A DNA stretch of 32,000 nt from the NCBI RefSeq assembly GCF_029504745.1, contig NZ_JAQFIQ010000003.1, positions 1 through 32,000 on the forward strand, given 5' to 3'. Made by a program: the position numbers and the translations under genes. Below the pieces are notes generated by a model. The model was given only the letters and a program-made list of their open reading frames with translations. It ran no database searches and had not been told where the DNA came from. Every line of letters starts with the position of its first letter. Position 1 is the first letter of the stretch. This DNA comes from Breznakia sp. PF5-3. Its GTDB lineage: Bacteria > Bacillota_I > Bacilli_A > Erysipelotrichales > Erysipelotrichaceae. Positions 17,547 through 26,486 of this stretch are shown in pieces.

Positions 17547-18854
17547 ATGTATTATTTTATTGGAATAAAAGGGTCAGGTATGGCTTCTTTGGCATCTATT
17601 TTAAAAGATTGTGGAGAAGATGTGTCTGGTTCTGATATTGAGAAATATATTTTCACACAAGCAAAATTAGAGGAACATAAGATTCCTTTTTTCACTTTTA
17701 GTGAAGATAACATAAAGGATAATATGACAGTTATTATAGGGAGTTCTTTTAATGATGACCATATTGAAGTAAAAGCAGCAAAAGCAAACCCTACAGTAAA
17801 AACATATATGTATGCAGAATTTTTAGCTAAGTTGGTGGAACAGTATCATTCTATTTGTGTTAGTGGAACGCATGGTAAGACAACAACTACAGGAATGCTT
17901 GCCCATGTTTTTTCACACATCAATCCCACTGGATATTTAATTGGTGATGGAACTGGTGTAATGCCAAAAGAAGCACAGACATTTGTTCTTGAAGCTTGTG
18001 AATATCAACGAAGATTTTTAGCTTATCATCCGGATTATGCAATTATTTTGAATATTGAATTAGATCATGTGGACTATTATAAAGACCTTGATGATTATAT
18101 CTTAGCTTTTTCACAATTTAGTAAGAATGTGAAAAAGGGAATTGCCGTTTTTGGTGATGAAGAAAACACTCATAAATTAGAGCTTGAAGTTCCACATTTA
18201 TACTATGGATTACAACCATCAAATGATGTATACGCAACCAATGTAATTGAAGATGAAAAAGGTGTGCGATTTACTTGTATGTATAAAGGTAAAAAATATT
18301 ATGATTTTCATTTACCATTTTATGGAGTTCATCTACTATATAATGCCCTTGGAGTTATTGCTATTGGGATTATGAATAATGTTGAGCCTAAAATATTACA
18401 AGATGGATTAGCTACATTTAATGGTGTTGAACGACGCTTTCATATTGAGGAGATCGGTGAAAATGTGTATATAGATGATTATGCGCATCATCCAACTGCA
18501 ATCAAATTAACAATTGATGCAGCTAAGCAAAAATATCCAACGAAAAAAATTGTGGCGATTTTTCAACCTGATCGCTTTTCAAGAATTTCTTATTTTATGG
18601 CTCAATTTAACGAAGCTTTTCAAAGTGCAGATAAAATATATTTGTGTCCTTTCCCAGAAAATGCAAAGCACGAAGAGGGAATTGATATCGATATTTATGA
18701 TTTGAAAAGAGCCGTAAGTGGTGCAGAAGTTCTCTTGATGGATGATTCATCAGTTGCGAAATTGGCAGCTGAAGAACCTGCAGTTTATCTGTTTATGAGC
18801 AGTAAAGATATTTATAAATTTAAAGATAGAATGAAAGATTTTCAAAATCATTGA
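17547..18854 (+). CDS. murC: UDP-N-acetylmuramate--L-alanine ligase
   Basis: 435 aa with FIGIKGSGMASLA, the P-loop GTHGKTTTT, and the Mur ligase middle and C-terminal domains (DDYAHHP). Confidence 0.95.
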   Translation: MYYFIGIKGSGMASLASILKDCGEDVSGSDIEKYIFTQAKLEEHKIPFFTFSEDNIKDNMTVIIGSSFNDDHIEVKAAKANPTVKTYMYAEFLAKLVEQYHSICVSGTHGKTTTTGMLAHVFSHINPTGYLIGDGTGVMPKEAQTFVLEACEYQRRFLAYHPDYAIILNIELDHVDYYKDLDDYILAFSQFSKNVKKGIAVFGDEENTHKLELEVPHLYYGLQPSNDVYATNVIEDEKGVRFTCMYKGKKYYDFHLPFYGVHLLYNALGVIAIGIMNNVEPKILQDGLATFNGVERRFHIEEIGENVYIDDYAHHPTAIKLTIDAAKQKYPTKKIVAIFQPDRFSRISYFMAQFNEAFQSADKIYLCPFPENAKHEEGIDIDIYDLKRAVSGAEVLLMDDSSVAKLAAEEPAVYLFMSSKDIYKFKDRMKDFQNH

Positions 18855-18897
18855 AAATGCTTTCAAGATAAGGTAAAATGACTAAAGAGGTGCAAAT

Positions 18898-19263
18898 ATG
18901 GGAAGTGATCAAATAATAGAAATATTAAGCTTAGCAGCATATCGTTTGTTGCCGATAGCAGGACTTGTATTATTGATATATTTGATTATATTATTAAAAA
19001 ATATAATTGATGCAATAAAAACGTTAAATAATACATTAAAAACAACGGATGAACAAATCCGTAAGTTAGATAAGCCTTTGGAGACAGTACAAGATTTATC
19101 CGAAACGGTAGATAAGATTCATGATGCTTCTAAAGGGGCGATTGGCAAAGGAATCAATATAATGAAAGATGGTTTGGATGCCATGAAAGATAAACTTCAA
19201 AAAAAGAAAGATGTGGATGAAGTTGTAATTGTTGAGGAGGTTGTGGATAATGAAAAAAAATGA
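18898..19263 (+). CDS. DUF948 (YtxG-like) membrane-anchored coiled-coil protein
   Basis: 121 aa with a single N-terminal TM helix (LLPIAGLVLLIYLIILL) followed by a helical K/D/E/T-rich region. The position after murC matches ytxG in B. subtilis. SD AGAGGTG. Confidence 0.7.
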   Translation: MGSDQIIEILSLAAYRLLPIAGLVLLIYLIILLKNIIDAIKTLNNTLKTTDEQIRKLDKPLETVQDLSETVDKIHDASKGAIGKGINIMKDGLDAMKDKLQKKKDVDEVVIVEEVVDNEKK

Positions 19264-19747
19264 TTTTGAAGAATTCGAGCAATCGACAAAATTTCAAGTA
19301 ATTAAGTTAGAAGAAGAAAATAAAGGAAATGATCGAAAAAAACAAATCGTAGATAATTTAACAAGTGAATTAGAACGTGTTTTTAAAGGTGCTAAAAAAG
19401 CGGTTGATGATACAATGTCAAGTGAAGAAGCAGAAAAGGTATTTGAAAATGCGAAAGATAAAGCGGATACACTATTGGAACGGACGAAAAAAGCATTGAA
19501 GGATTTCCGTGAAGATGATCGTGTACAAGATGTTATTACGAAGATTAATGATACTTTTGATTCCATCGTTACATCTATTTCAGAAAATGAAACTGTGCAA
19601 AACGTGGGGAACAAAGTAAATGACTTTGTAAATAGTGACTCTGTGCAAGATGGTATCCATACAGCAAAGAGAGTTACACTAGATCTTGCTGATAAGGCAC
19701 ACGATGGGTTGAAGAATTTATTGGGTGCGAAAGATGGCAAGGAGTAG
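19250..19747 (+). CDS. Hypothetical hydrophilic helical protein (occupies the ytxH position; no TM)
   Basis: 165 aa from ATG 19250 (GAGGAGG 8 nt upstream), overlapping the previous gene by 14 nt. K/E/D-rich with repeated (V/D)QD..(T/N)K(I/V)ND-like segments. Confidence 0.65.
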   Translation: MKKNDFEEFEQSTKFQVIKLEEENKGNDRKKQIVDNLTSELERVFKGAKKAVDDTMSSEEAEKVFENAKDKADTLLERTKKALKDFREDDRVQDVITKINDTFDSIVTSISENETVQNVGNKVNDFVNSDSVQDGIHTAKRVTLDLADKAHDGLKNLLGAKDGKE

Positions 19748-19749
19748 GA

Positions 19750-20748
19750 ATGATGAAAAGAATTACAATATATGATGTAGCAAAAGAAGCAAATGTATCG
19801 TTAGCAACGGTTTCTAGGGTTATAAATGGTTCTGAGGTAGTCCGTGAGGACACTCGTTTGAAAGTACAAGAAGCAATTGAAAAGCTTGGATATAAACCAA
19901 ATGCAATTGCCCAAGGTCTTGCTTTACAAAAGACAACAACAATTGCTTTTGTAATTCCAGAAGCTAGTTTTTTCTATACTGGACAAATCATTAATGGACT
20001 TATTGATGTAGCAAAAATTTATAATTATAATATGGTATTGCATACAACAACTGAAGGTATTTTGGCAACGAGTGATATCATTGAAACAATTATTAAATCT
20101 CGCGTTGATGGTGTTGTAATATTTAATGATAAGTTAGACAAAGAAGAAATCGCAACGCTTACGAACTATGATGTTCCAATTGTGGTGATTGGTAATCGTA
20201 TTTCTGATAATAATATTTGCTCTGTATATGTAGATTATGAAACTTTAATTTATGATTATGCAAAGCGATATTATGAAAATGGAAAAACGAATATAGCTCT
20301 AGTTGAGGATCGTAAAAATCCAGCAATGATTGAGCAATTACGTCATGGACTTGAAAAAGTATTCAAAGAGCATGGAGATACGTTTGAGAACTATATTAAA
20401 ATTCCAAAAGAATATCGCTCTTCTTACGAGTATTTAAAAGAATATTTTAAGACGAATAAACATGACCTTGTAATAACATATCGTGATTCTCAAGCGATGG
20501 CTGTTTTAAATACAGCACGGGAAGTTGGAATTTCTATTCCTGATGAAATGGAACTTGTATGTGTGCTTGATAGCAAATACAATGCAATGGCACGTCCACA
20601 GATTTCAGGGTTTAAAATTCCAGACTATGATTTAGGTGCTGTTTCAATGCGAATTATGACAAAAATGTTGCAAGATGATGCCAAAGATGGTTATAATAAA
20701 GAAACTGAGTTGAGTTATATATTTACTCCTCGTGAAACAACAAAATAA
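19750..20748 (+). CDS. LacI-family transcriptional regulator, CcpA-like
   Basis: 332 aa. N-terminal HTH is ITIYDVAKEANVSLATVSRVINGS...KV..AI..LGYKPNAIAQGLA. The C-terminal PDYDLGAVSMRIMTKML resembles CcpA P.YDIGAVAMRLLTK. The position relative to ytxGH and tyrS matches Bacillus ccpA. AAGGAG lies 5 nt upstream. Confidence 0.85.
   Translation: MMKRITIYDVAKEANVSLATVSRVINGSEVVREDTRLKVQEAIEKLGYKPNAIAQGLALQKTTTIAFVIPEASFFYTGQIINGLIDVAKIYNYNMVLHTTTEGILATSDIIETIIKSRVDGVVIFNDKLDKEEIATLTNYDVPIVVIGNRISDNNICSVYVDYETLIYDYAKRYYENGKTNIALVEDRKNPAMIEQLRHGLEKVFKEHGDTFENYIKIPKEYRSSYEYLKEYFKTNKHDLVITYRDSQAMAVLNTAREVGISIPDEMELVCVLDSKYNAMARPQISGFKIPDYDLGAVSMRIMTKMLQDDAKDGYNKETELSYIFTPRETTK
20668..20697 (+). promoter_or_regulatory. 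Candidate promoter for the tyrS T-box leader, embedded in the 3' end of the LacI-family gene
   Basis: TTGCAA (20668-20673), an 18-nt spacer, then TATAAT (20692-20697). There is no room for a promoter between the stop codon (20746-20748) and the Stem I base (20750). Confidence 0.35.
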
Positions 20749-20749
20749 A

Positions 20750-20951
20750 GCGATGATAAGACATAGTACCAAGTGATTGTATTATAGAGACATGATGGAT
20801 GGTGAAAATCATGATACATAATTTGGGAATACACCTTTGAGCTCCTTAATGGCGTGACTTCTGCGTTAAAGAGTCTGAGTGCATACAAGTTCATTTGTAT
20901 GAAGTAAGGTGGTACCGCGTTATATTACGTCCTTAGTAGGACGTTTTTTTA
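20750..20951 (+). ncRNA. T-box riboswitch leader, tyrosine-specific (specifier UAC)
   Basis: Elements in order:
- GCGATGATAAG K-turn/GA motif (20750-20760)
- AGTA (20765-20768)
- AGAGA bulge (20786-20790)
- distal hairpin CATGAT/ATCATG with a GGTGAAA-containing loop (20791-20813)
- specifier loop GAA-TAC-A (20827-20833; codon 20830-20832)
- stem III CATACAA/TTGTATG (20882-20901)
- T-box GGTGGTACCGCG (20908-20919)
- terminator ACGTCCT/AGGACGT (20927-20944) plus T7
The downstream gene is tyrS. Confidence 0.92.
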
Positions 20952-20966
20952 TTGGAGGAAAAGAAA

Positions 20967-22196
20967 ATGAAATTATTTGATGAATTGAAATGGAGAGGGT
21001 TAATCAATGATATTAGTAGCCCTGAATTAGAAGATAAATTAAACAATGGAAGTTTAACTTTTTATATTGGAACAGATCCAACAGGTGATACATTACATAT
21101 TGGACATTATTCAAGCTTTTTGATTGCTAAGCGTTTAAAAGATGCAGGACATCATCCTATTTTATTAGTTGGTGGTGGAACAGGGTTAATAGGGGATCCT
21201 AAACCTAATACAGAAAGACCAATGATTACAAAAGAGCAATTGGATTACAATTATAAAAAATTACGAAGCCAAGTTGAAAAATTGTTTGGTTTTGAAGTGG
21301 TAAATAACTATGATTGGATGAAAGATATTCATTTCATTGATTATTTACGTGATTATGGTAAATATTTTAATATAAATTACATGTTAGCCAAAGAGACAGT
21401 AAAGTCACGTTTGGATATAGGGATTACATATACTGAGTTTTCTTATATGATTTTACAAGCACTTGATTTCTTGCATTTATATGAGTATCATGACTGTGTG
21501 TTGCAGGTGGGTGGACAAGACCAATGGGGAAATATAACAGCTGGAATTGAATTGATTCGTAAGAAGCTGGGAAAAGAGGCATATGGGTTCACAATGCCAT
21601 TGATTACAAAAGCAGATGGTACAAAATTTGGTAAGAGTGAAGGAAATGCGATCTGGTTAGATAAAGAACAGACATCCGCTTATGAAATGTATCAGTTCCT
21701 AGTGAACTCTGAAGATGAAAAAGTTATTGATTATTTGAAAAAGTTAACTTTTTTGGATAAACCAATAATTGACGAATTAGAAGAAAAAGTTAAAGTGGAA
21801 CCATTTAAACGCGAAGCACAAAAAGTGCTGGGAAAAGAAGTCGTTACCTTCTTACATGGTGAAAAAGAATATGAAAAAGCATTGAATATTACCAATGCAT
21901 TATTTAAAGGGAATATTCTAAGCTTAAGCCAAGCAGAAATCCATGATGCATTAAAAGGGTTTGATAAAATTCAAATTGCAGATAATGTAACACTTGTTGA
22001 TTGTTTAGTGAATGCAAACATTGCTTCAAGTAAAAGAGAAGCAAGAGAATGGATTAGTGGAAACAGTATTCAAGTAAATGGTGAGAAAATAACTGATTTG
22101 GACTTTGTTGTTTCCAGCAAGAATGCGATTGATAAAAACTGTACATTAATCAAGCGTGGAAAGCGGAATTATTTTGTAATTGAACAAGGGGTATAA
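20967..22196 (+). CDS. tyrS: Tyrosine--tRNA ligase
   Basis: About 409 aa with the HIGH motif (TLHIGH), the KMSKS variant (KFGKS) and a C-terminal S4 domain. I prefer ATG 20967, because the tracked TTG 20952 lies inside the SD GGAGGA. Confidence 0.96.
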   Translation: MKLFDELKWRGLINDISSPELEDKLNNGSLTFYIGTDPTGDTLHIGHYSSFLIAKRLKDAGHHPILLVGGGTGLIGDPKPNTERPMITKEQLDYNYKKLRSQVEKLFGFEVVNNYDWMKDIHFIDYLRDYGKYFNINYMLAKETVKSRLDIGITYTEFSYMILQALDFLHLYEYHDCVLQVGGQDQWGNITAGIELIRKKLGKEAYGFTMPLITKADGTKFGKSEGNAIWLDKEQTSAYEMYQFLVNSEDEKVIDYLKKLTFLDKPIIDELEEKVKVEPFKREAQKVLGKEVVTFLHGEKEYEKALNITNALFKGNILSLSQAEIHDALKGFDKIQIADNVTLVDCLVNANIASSKREAREWISGNSIQVNGEKITDLDFVVSSKNAIDKNCTLIKRGKRNYFVIEQGV

Positions 22197-22210
22197 TCCC
22201 TTGTTTTTTT
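22183..22210 (+). terminator. Rho-independent terminator of tyrS
   Basis: Stem AACAAGGG / CCCTTGTT (22183-22190 / 22198-22205) whose loop contains the tyrS stop codon, followed by TTTTTATTT. Confidence 0.75.
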
Positions 22211-22230
22211 ATTTCAGAATGAGGAAAATA

Positions 22231-22239
22231 TGGTATAAT
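22231..22239 (+). promoter_or_regulatory. Possible extended -10 promoter for the lipoprotein-flippase operon
   Basis: TGgTATAAT (hexamer 22234-22239), 17 nt upstream of ATG 22257. The -35 is weak. Confidence 0.3.
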
Positions 22240-22256
22240 CATATGGAGGTATATTT

Positions 22257-22781
22257 ATGAAAAAAATTCTTATTATGTGTACTGTTTTTTTTCTATCATT
22301 AAGTGGTTGTGGAAGTGATAACACAGATGAAGAAGCACAGTATCAAACATATAAGCAATTCAAAGAAAAGTTGATTGCTAATAATGGAACATTGTCATAT
22401 AATATCCCATTCAACTATGAAGTAGAAGTAATAGAGTTGGATGATGGTACTTATTCCTATACAGTGCTTGTTGATAATCCACAAATTGTAATGAATCAAA
22501 TTCAAATGATGGCATTGGATGCACAAGCAGTTACAGATGATAAGATGGAACCGACAATAGGTGTTTTCGAAGAAGAAACTTATTCCATGGTACCCAATCA
22601 AGTAGATGCTAAAAAAGGGTATCCAGAAGGATTGGCAATAAATAGCATTTCTGAAACAAAGGATTTTACAATTTTTGTAATTGTTTCATTTTATAAAGAC
22701 GACCAAACTAATATGCAAGTGTTTTTTTCGTTTCATGTGGTAGATGGTGTCGTTGTTGGAGATGAGGTAATTTATGAATAA
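22257..22781 (+). CDS. Hypothetical lipoprotein
   Basis: 174 aa. Signal peptide with lipobox: MKKILIMCTVFFLSLSGC|GSDN. The mature part is acidic and shows no recognisable motif. SD GGAGG. Confidence 0.75.
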   Translation: MKKILIMCTVFFLSLSGCGSDNTDEEAQYQTYKQFKEKLIANNGTLSYNIPFNYEVEVIELDDGTYSYTVLVDNPQIVMNQIQMMALDAQAVTDDKMEPTIGVFEEETYSMVPNQVDAKKGYPEGLAINSISETKDFTIFVIVSFYKDDQTNMQVFFSFHVVDGVVVGDEVIYE

Positions 22782-24414
22782 TAAAAAACAATCAATTTTA
22801 GCAGGTGGTCTTATTTCCAGTGCAGGAATCTTGATATCAAAATTTCTTGGATTACTATATGTGATTCCATATGATACGATTTTACAGACTGCACAAAATC
22901 GTGTTTATTATGCAAATGCATACAATATTTATTCTTATGTTTTAAATATAGCGACAGCAGGGTTGCCGTTTGCTATAGCAACTTTGATTGCGCGATATGC
23001 AAGTCGTAATGATTATCGAACTTGTTTGATGGTAAAGAAAATATCTTTTTATACGATGGCGGCATTCGGTTTTATATGTATGTGTGCAATGATTTTATTT
23101 AGTCCGATGATTGCAGAACAAATTGTACCAGATGAAGGTAGCTATAATATTATGCGTAATGTCGTTATTTTGATGTCATTAGCAGTCTTTATTATTCCAA
23201 TTTTAAGTTCAATGCGTGGCTTTTATCAAGGATTTAAAGAAATGGAAATTTATTCCACTTCACAGGTTATTGAACAGATTACGAGAATTATCTTTTTGCT
23301 TGGTGCAGGAGCTTTGGCTGTTTATGTATTTCATAAAGACGCAATTTGGGCAGTATACTTTGGAGTGATTGCAGCTTCAGTCGCTGGCTTGTTGACGATT
23401 TTATATATTAAAAGTTATGATCGAACAAAGTTGAAGGTAATAAAACGAAAAGCGAAAGAGCAAGAACATCAGCTTAATATTGCTCCTTATGAATTGTTCA
23501 AAGAGTTAGTTTTTGTGGCTATTCCATTCTTATTGATTGCAGTATTTGGGTATTGCGATACAATCATTAATCAAATGGATATTGTGCCTGGATTGAAAGC
23601 ATTTGGTGTTGCTAAGAAAGAAATAACTTTATTGCAAGATGCAATCTTCTTTAAAGCTAATAAATTAATAGCAATTCCAATGATATTGGCACCAGGATTT
23701 AGTTCTGCCATTATCCCATATATTACAACAGCGTTAGAACAAAAAAATAGAGGTTTGGTAAAAAAGTATATTTTGGACTGTGTTGAATCTGTAATATATA
23801 TAGCGTTGCCAATTTGTTTTGCATTATTTGTTTTTGCTAAACCAATTATTTTCACCTTATTTGGTGTTTCTGGCAACAACATTAACCTTTATGCTGATGT
23901 ACTGCGGTGGTTTTCATTAGAAGCTTTATGCGCTACGGTATGTCCGATTTTTTCAACCTTAGTTATGGCATTAGGATCAAGACGTAAAATCGTTTTAAAT
24001 ACAGCTATTTTTGCAATTGTAAAGGTTGCTATAAATCGTTTGTTGATTTCTTACTTAGGGATGCCAGGAATGGTATTATCAAGTTTCATTGCATATGCGA
24101 TTTTTGCAATTTTAAACATTTGGGTAATTCAAAAGAGTTACAATGTAAATTGGAAGTATACATTCCGTAAAATTATCTTTATGTTAGCTGGATTAGTAGG
24201 TTTCTATTTGTTTGCTAAAGTATTTGGATTCATAGGAATGCTAGACTATAGTGGATCGCGATTTATTAGTTTAATTTATTTGGGAATTATGGGAATCGTT
24301 TGTTGCTTAGTTTATTTAGTAATTACAGGATATTGTAATATTCCACAATCCATCTTTGATATTAATCTAAAACAAATTGTACAAAAATTTAGTAAACGAG
24401 GACGACACAAATGA
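22774..24414 (+). CDS. MOP-superfamily flippase (MurJ/YtgP/SpoVB-like polysaccharide or lipid II flippase)
   Basis: 546 aa with about 14 TM helices. N-terminus GGLISSAGILISKFLGLLYVIPY... and an RGFYQG segment are typical of MviN/YtgP-type proteins. Overlaps the lipoprotein gene by 8 nt. Adjacency to an rsuA-like gene matches B. subtilis ytgP-ytzG. Confidence 0.8.
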   Translation: MNNKKQSILAGGLISSAGILISKFLGLLYVIPYDTILQTAQNRVYYANAYNIYSYVLNIATAGLPFAIATLIARYASRNDYRTCLMVKKISFYTMAAFGFICMCAMILFSPMIAEQIVPDEGSYNIMRNVVILMSLAVFIIPILSSMRGFYQGFKEMEIYSTSQVIEQITRIIFLLGAGALAVYVFHKDAIWAVYFGVIAASVAGLLTILYIKSYDRTKLKVIKRKAKEQEHQLNIAPYELFKELVFVAIPFLLIAVFGYCDTIINQMDIVPGLKAFGVAKKEITLLQDAIFFKANKLIAIPMILAPGFSSAIIPYITTALEQKNRGLVKKYILDCVESVIYIALPICFALFVFAKPIIFTLFGVSGNNINLYADVLRWFSLEALCATVCPIFSTLVMALGSRRKIVLNTAIFAIVKVAINRLLISYLGMPGMVLSSFIAYAIFAILNIWVIQKSYNVNWKYTFRKIIFMLAGLVGFYLFAKVFGFIGMLDYSGSRFISLIYLGIMGIVCCLVYLVITGYCNIPQSIFDINLKQIVQKFSKRGRHK

Positions 24415-25115
24415 TTCGTTTAGATAAGTATCTAGCGCATGCAAAATTGGGTACAAGAAAAGAAGTGAAAAAACTAATCCGAATGGGAATGATTAAAGTC
24501 AATGGGGAAGTATGTTTTAATGATGATATGAAAATTGATGAAAATGATAGCATAAGTTATGAAGATGAAATTGTTTCTTATCAGGAATATTATTATATTA
24601 TGTTGAACAAGCCAGTTGATTATTTAAGTTCTACGATTGATGAACATTATCCAAGTGTACTCAATCTGATATATGAAGATTTTGCTTATGATTTATTTCC
24701 TGTAGGAAGGTTAGATGTTGATACAGTAGGGCTATTAATTTTGACGAATGATGGGAAATTATCTCATCAATTATTATCGCCTAAAAAACATGTGGAAAAA
24801 GAATACTATGTGGAATTGAAAGAAGCTATAACCCAAAAGGATATAGATACTTTAGAAGCTGGAGTCCAGTTGGATGATGAGTGGACAAAGCCTTGTAAAG
24901 TAATTGTAAAAGATGAGAGACACGTACATATTGTTATATGTGAAGGTAAGTTTCATCAAATAAAACGTATGTTTCATGTAGTACATAATGAAGTTTTATA
25001 TTTAAAGAGAATACGTATGGGGGAAGTGTGGTTGGATGATGTTTTAGAAGAAGGCGATTATCGCCCTCTTACAATAGATGAAATACAAGCATTGAAAGGA
25101 GTAACAAAGAAATGA
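24411..25115 (+). CDS. rsuA: Pseudouridine synthase, RsuA family (S4 domain plus catalytic domain)
   Basis: 234 aa. N-terminal S4 domain (RLDKYLAH...[15 protein letters not shown]) and catalytic motif [21 protein letters not shown] overlap with the upstream stop. Confidence 0.85.
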   Translation: MIRLDKYLAHAKLGTRKEVKKLIRMGMIKVNGEVCFNDDMKIDENDSISYEDEIVSYQEYYYIMLNKPVDYLSSTIDEHYPSVLNLIYEDFAYDLFPVGRLDVDTVGLLILTNDGKLSHQLLSPKKHVEKEYYVELKEAITQKDIDTLEAGVQLDDEWTKPCKVIVKDERHVHIVICEGKFHQIKRMFHVVHNEVLYLKRIRMGEVWLDDVLEEGDYRPLTIDEIQALKGVTKK

Positions 25116-25990
25116 AAGCTTATTTAGATATGTGTGAATATATTTTAGAAAATGGAGAAGATCGTGACGATCGTACAGGTACTGGAACGAGAAGTGTATT
25201 TGGGTACCAAACGCGTTATAATTTATTGGATGGATTTCCATTGATGACAACAAAAAAAATGTTCTTACGTCCTATTGCTGAAGAACTATTATGGTTTTTA
25301 AAAGGGGATACGAATATCAAGTATCTTGTTGATCGCAATGTGCGCATTTGGAATGAATGGCCATATGAAAATTATACAAAGAGTAGTGCATACCAAGGAG
25401 AAACATTAGAAGAATTTGTGGAAAAAATAAAAGAGAGTGATGATTTCGCTGCCGAATTTGGTGAGTTGGGACCAGTATATGGAAAACAGTGGCGGGATTT
25501 CAATGGCGAAGGTGTGGATCAAATTAGCAAGTTGGTTGACAGTTTGAAACACAATCCTTTCTCGAGACGTCATATAGTTTGTGCATGGAATCCAGCACAA
25601 GTTGACTCTATGGCACTTCCACCATGTCATGCATTTCTTCAATTTTATGTAAGTGCAGATCGTAAATATTTATCTTGTCAATTGTACCAACGCAGTGCAG
25701 ATGTGTTTTTAGGCGTTCCATTCAATATTGCGTCTTATGCACTTATGACAGCAATGTTAGCACAAGTTTGTGGATATGAGGCAAAGGAGTTTGTACATAC
25801 GATAGGAGACGCACATATCTATAAAGATCATTTTGAAGTTGTGAAAACCCAATTGGAACGTAAACCACTGAAAAAATGTAAACTTGCTTTAAATAAAGAT
25901 GTTACTTCCATTTTTGATTTTACAATTGATGATATTAAGATTGAAGATTATGAAAGTTATGAAAAATTAACTGGAAAGGTGAGTGTTTAA
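25112..25990 (+). CDS. thyA: Thymidylate synthase
   Basis: 292 aa with DRTGTGT, WNEWP, the active-site ALPPCH and [20 protein letters not shown]. Confidence 0.96.
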   Translation: MKAYLDMCEYILENGEDRDDRTGTGTRSVFGYQTRYNLLDGFPLMTTKKMFLRPIAEELLWFLKGDTNIKYLVDRNVRIWNEWPYENYTKSSAYQGETLEEFVEKIKESDDFAAEFGELGPVYGKQWRDFNGEGVDQISKLVDSLKHNPFSRRHIVCAWNPAQVDSMALPPCHAFLQFYVSADRKYLSCQLYQRSADVFLGVPFNIASYALMTAMLAQVCGYEAKEFVHTIGDAHIYKDHFEVVKTQLERKPLKKCKLALNKDVTSIFDFTIDDIKIEDYESYEKLTGKVSV

Positions 25991-26460
25991 TGGTTTCGTT
26001 AGTTGTAGCAATGGGCGATAATCGTGTAATTGGGAAAGATGGATGGATGCCTTGGAATTTACCTGAGGATTTAAAAACATTTCGTTCAATCACATTAAAT
26101 CACGATATTGTAATGGGAAAAACAACCTTTATTAATATGAAAAAGCCATTGCCTAAACGTCATACATATGTTGTTACACGTAATAAAGAATATGCATATG
26201 ATCATGAAGATGTGAGTATTGTACATGATTTTGATAAATTATTAAAAGCGTATCAAGAAAAAGAAGCAACTCTTTATGTGTGTGGCGGTGCTAAGGTTTA
26301 TGAATACGCATTACCATATGTAGATGAAATGTGGATTTCTTTAGTAGATGATCATTATGAAGGAGATACTTTTTTTCCAGCTTTTGATGAACAAGATTTT
26401 ATCGTAGTAACAAAAGAAAAAAAAGAGGGTTTTACGTTAATTCATTATCGTAGAAAATAA
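25990..26460 (+). CDS. folA: Dihydrofolate reductase
   Basis: 156 aa with VVAMGDNRVIGKDGWMPWNLPEDLKTF and VCGGAKVYE. TAATG overlap with thyA. Confidence 0.93.
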   Translation: MVSLVVAMGDNRVIGKDGWMPWNLPEDLKTFRSITLNHDIVMGKTTFINMKKPLPKRHTYVVTRNKEYAYDHEDVSIVHDFDKLLKAYQEKEATLYVCGGAKVYEYALPYVDEMWISLVDDHYEGDTFFPAFDEQDFIVVTKEKKEGFTLIHYRRK

Positions 26461-26486
26461 TTGTAGAATTAGAAAGGGGTGAATCT

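Noticed and set aside
19294-19740. A 148-aa minus-strand ORF almost coextensive with the 19250-19747 plus-strand gene.
   Set aside because: Its S/F/T-rich sequence is the expected mirror of a K/E/D-rich sense gene. It has no SD. The plus-strand ORF has GAGGAGG at the proper distance and fits the co-directional operon.
20815-20817. The first TAC triplet, directly after the distal hairpin, as the T-box specifier codon.
   Set aside because: It lies in the 3' strand of the upper Stem I. The canonical GAA-codon-purine context is at 20827-20833 instead, and both give the same Tyr assignment.
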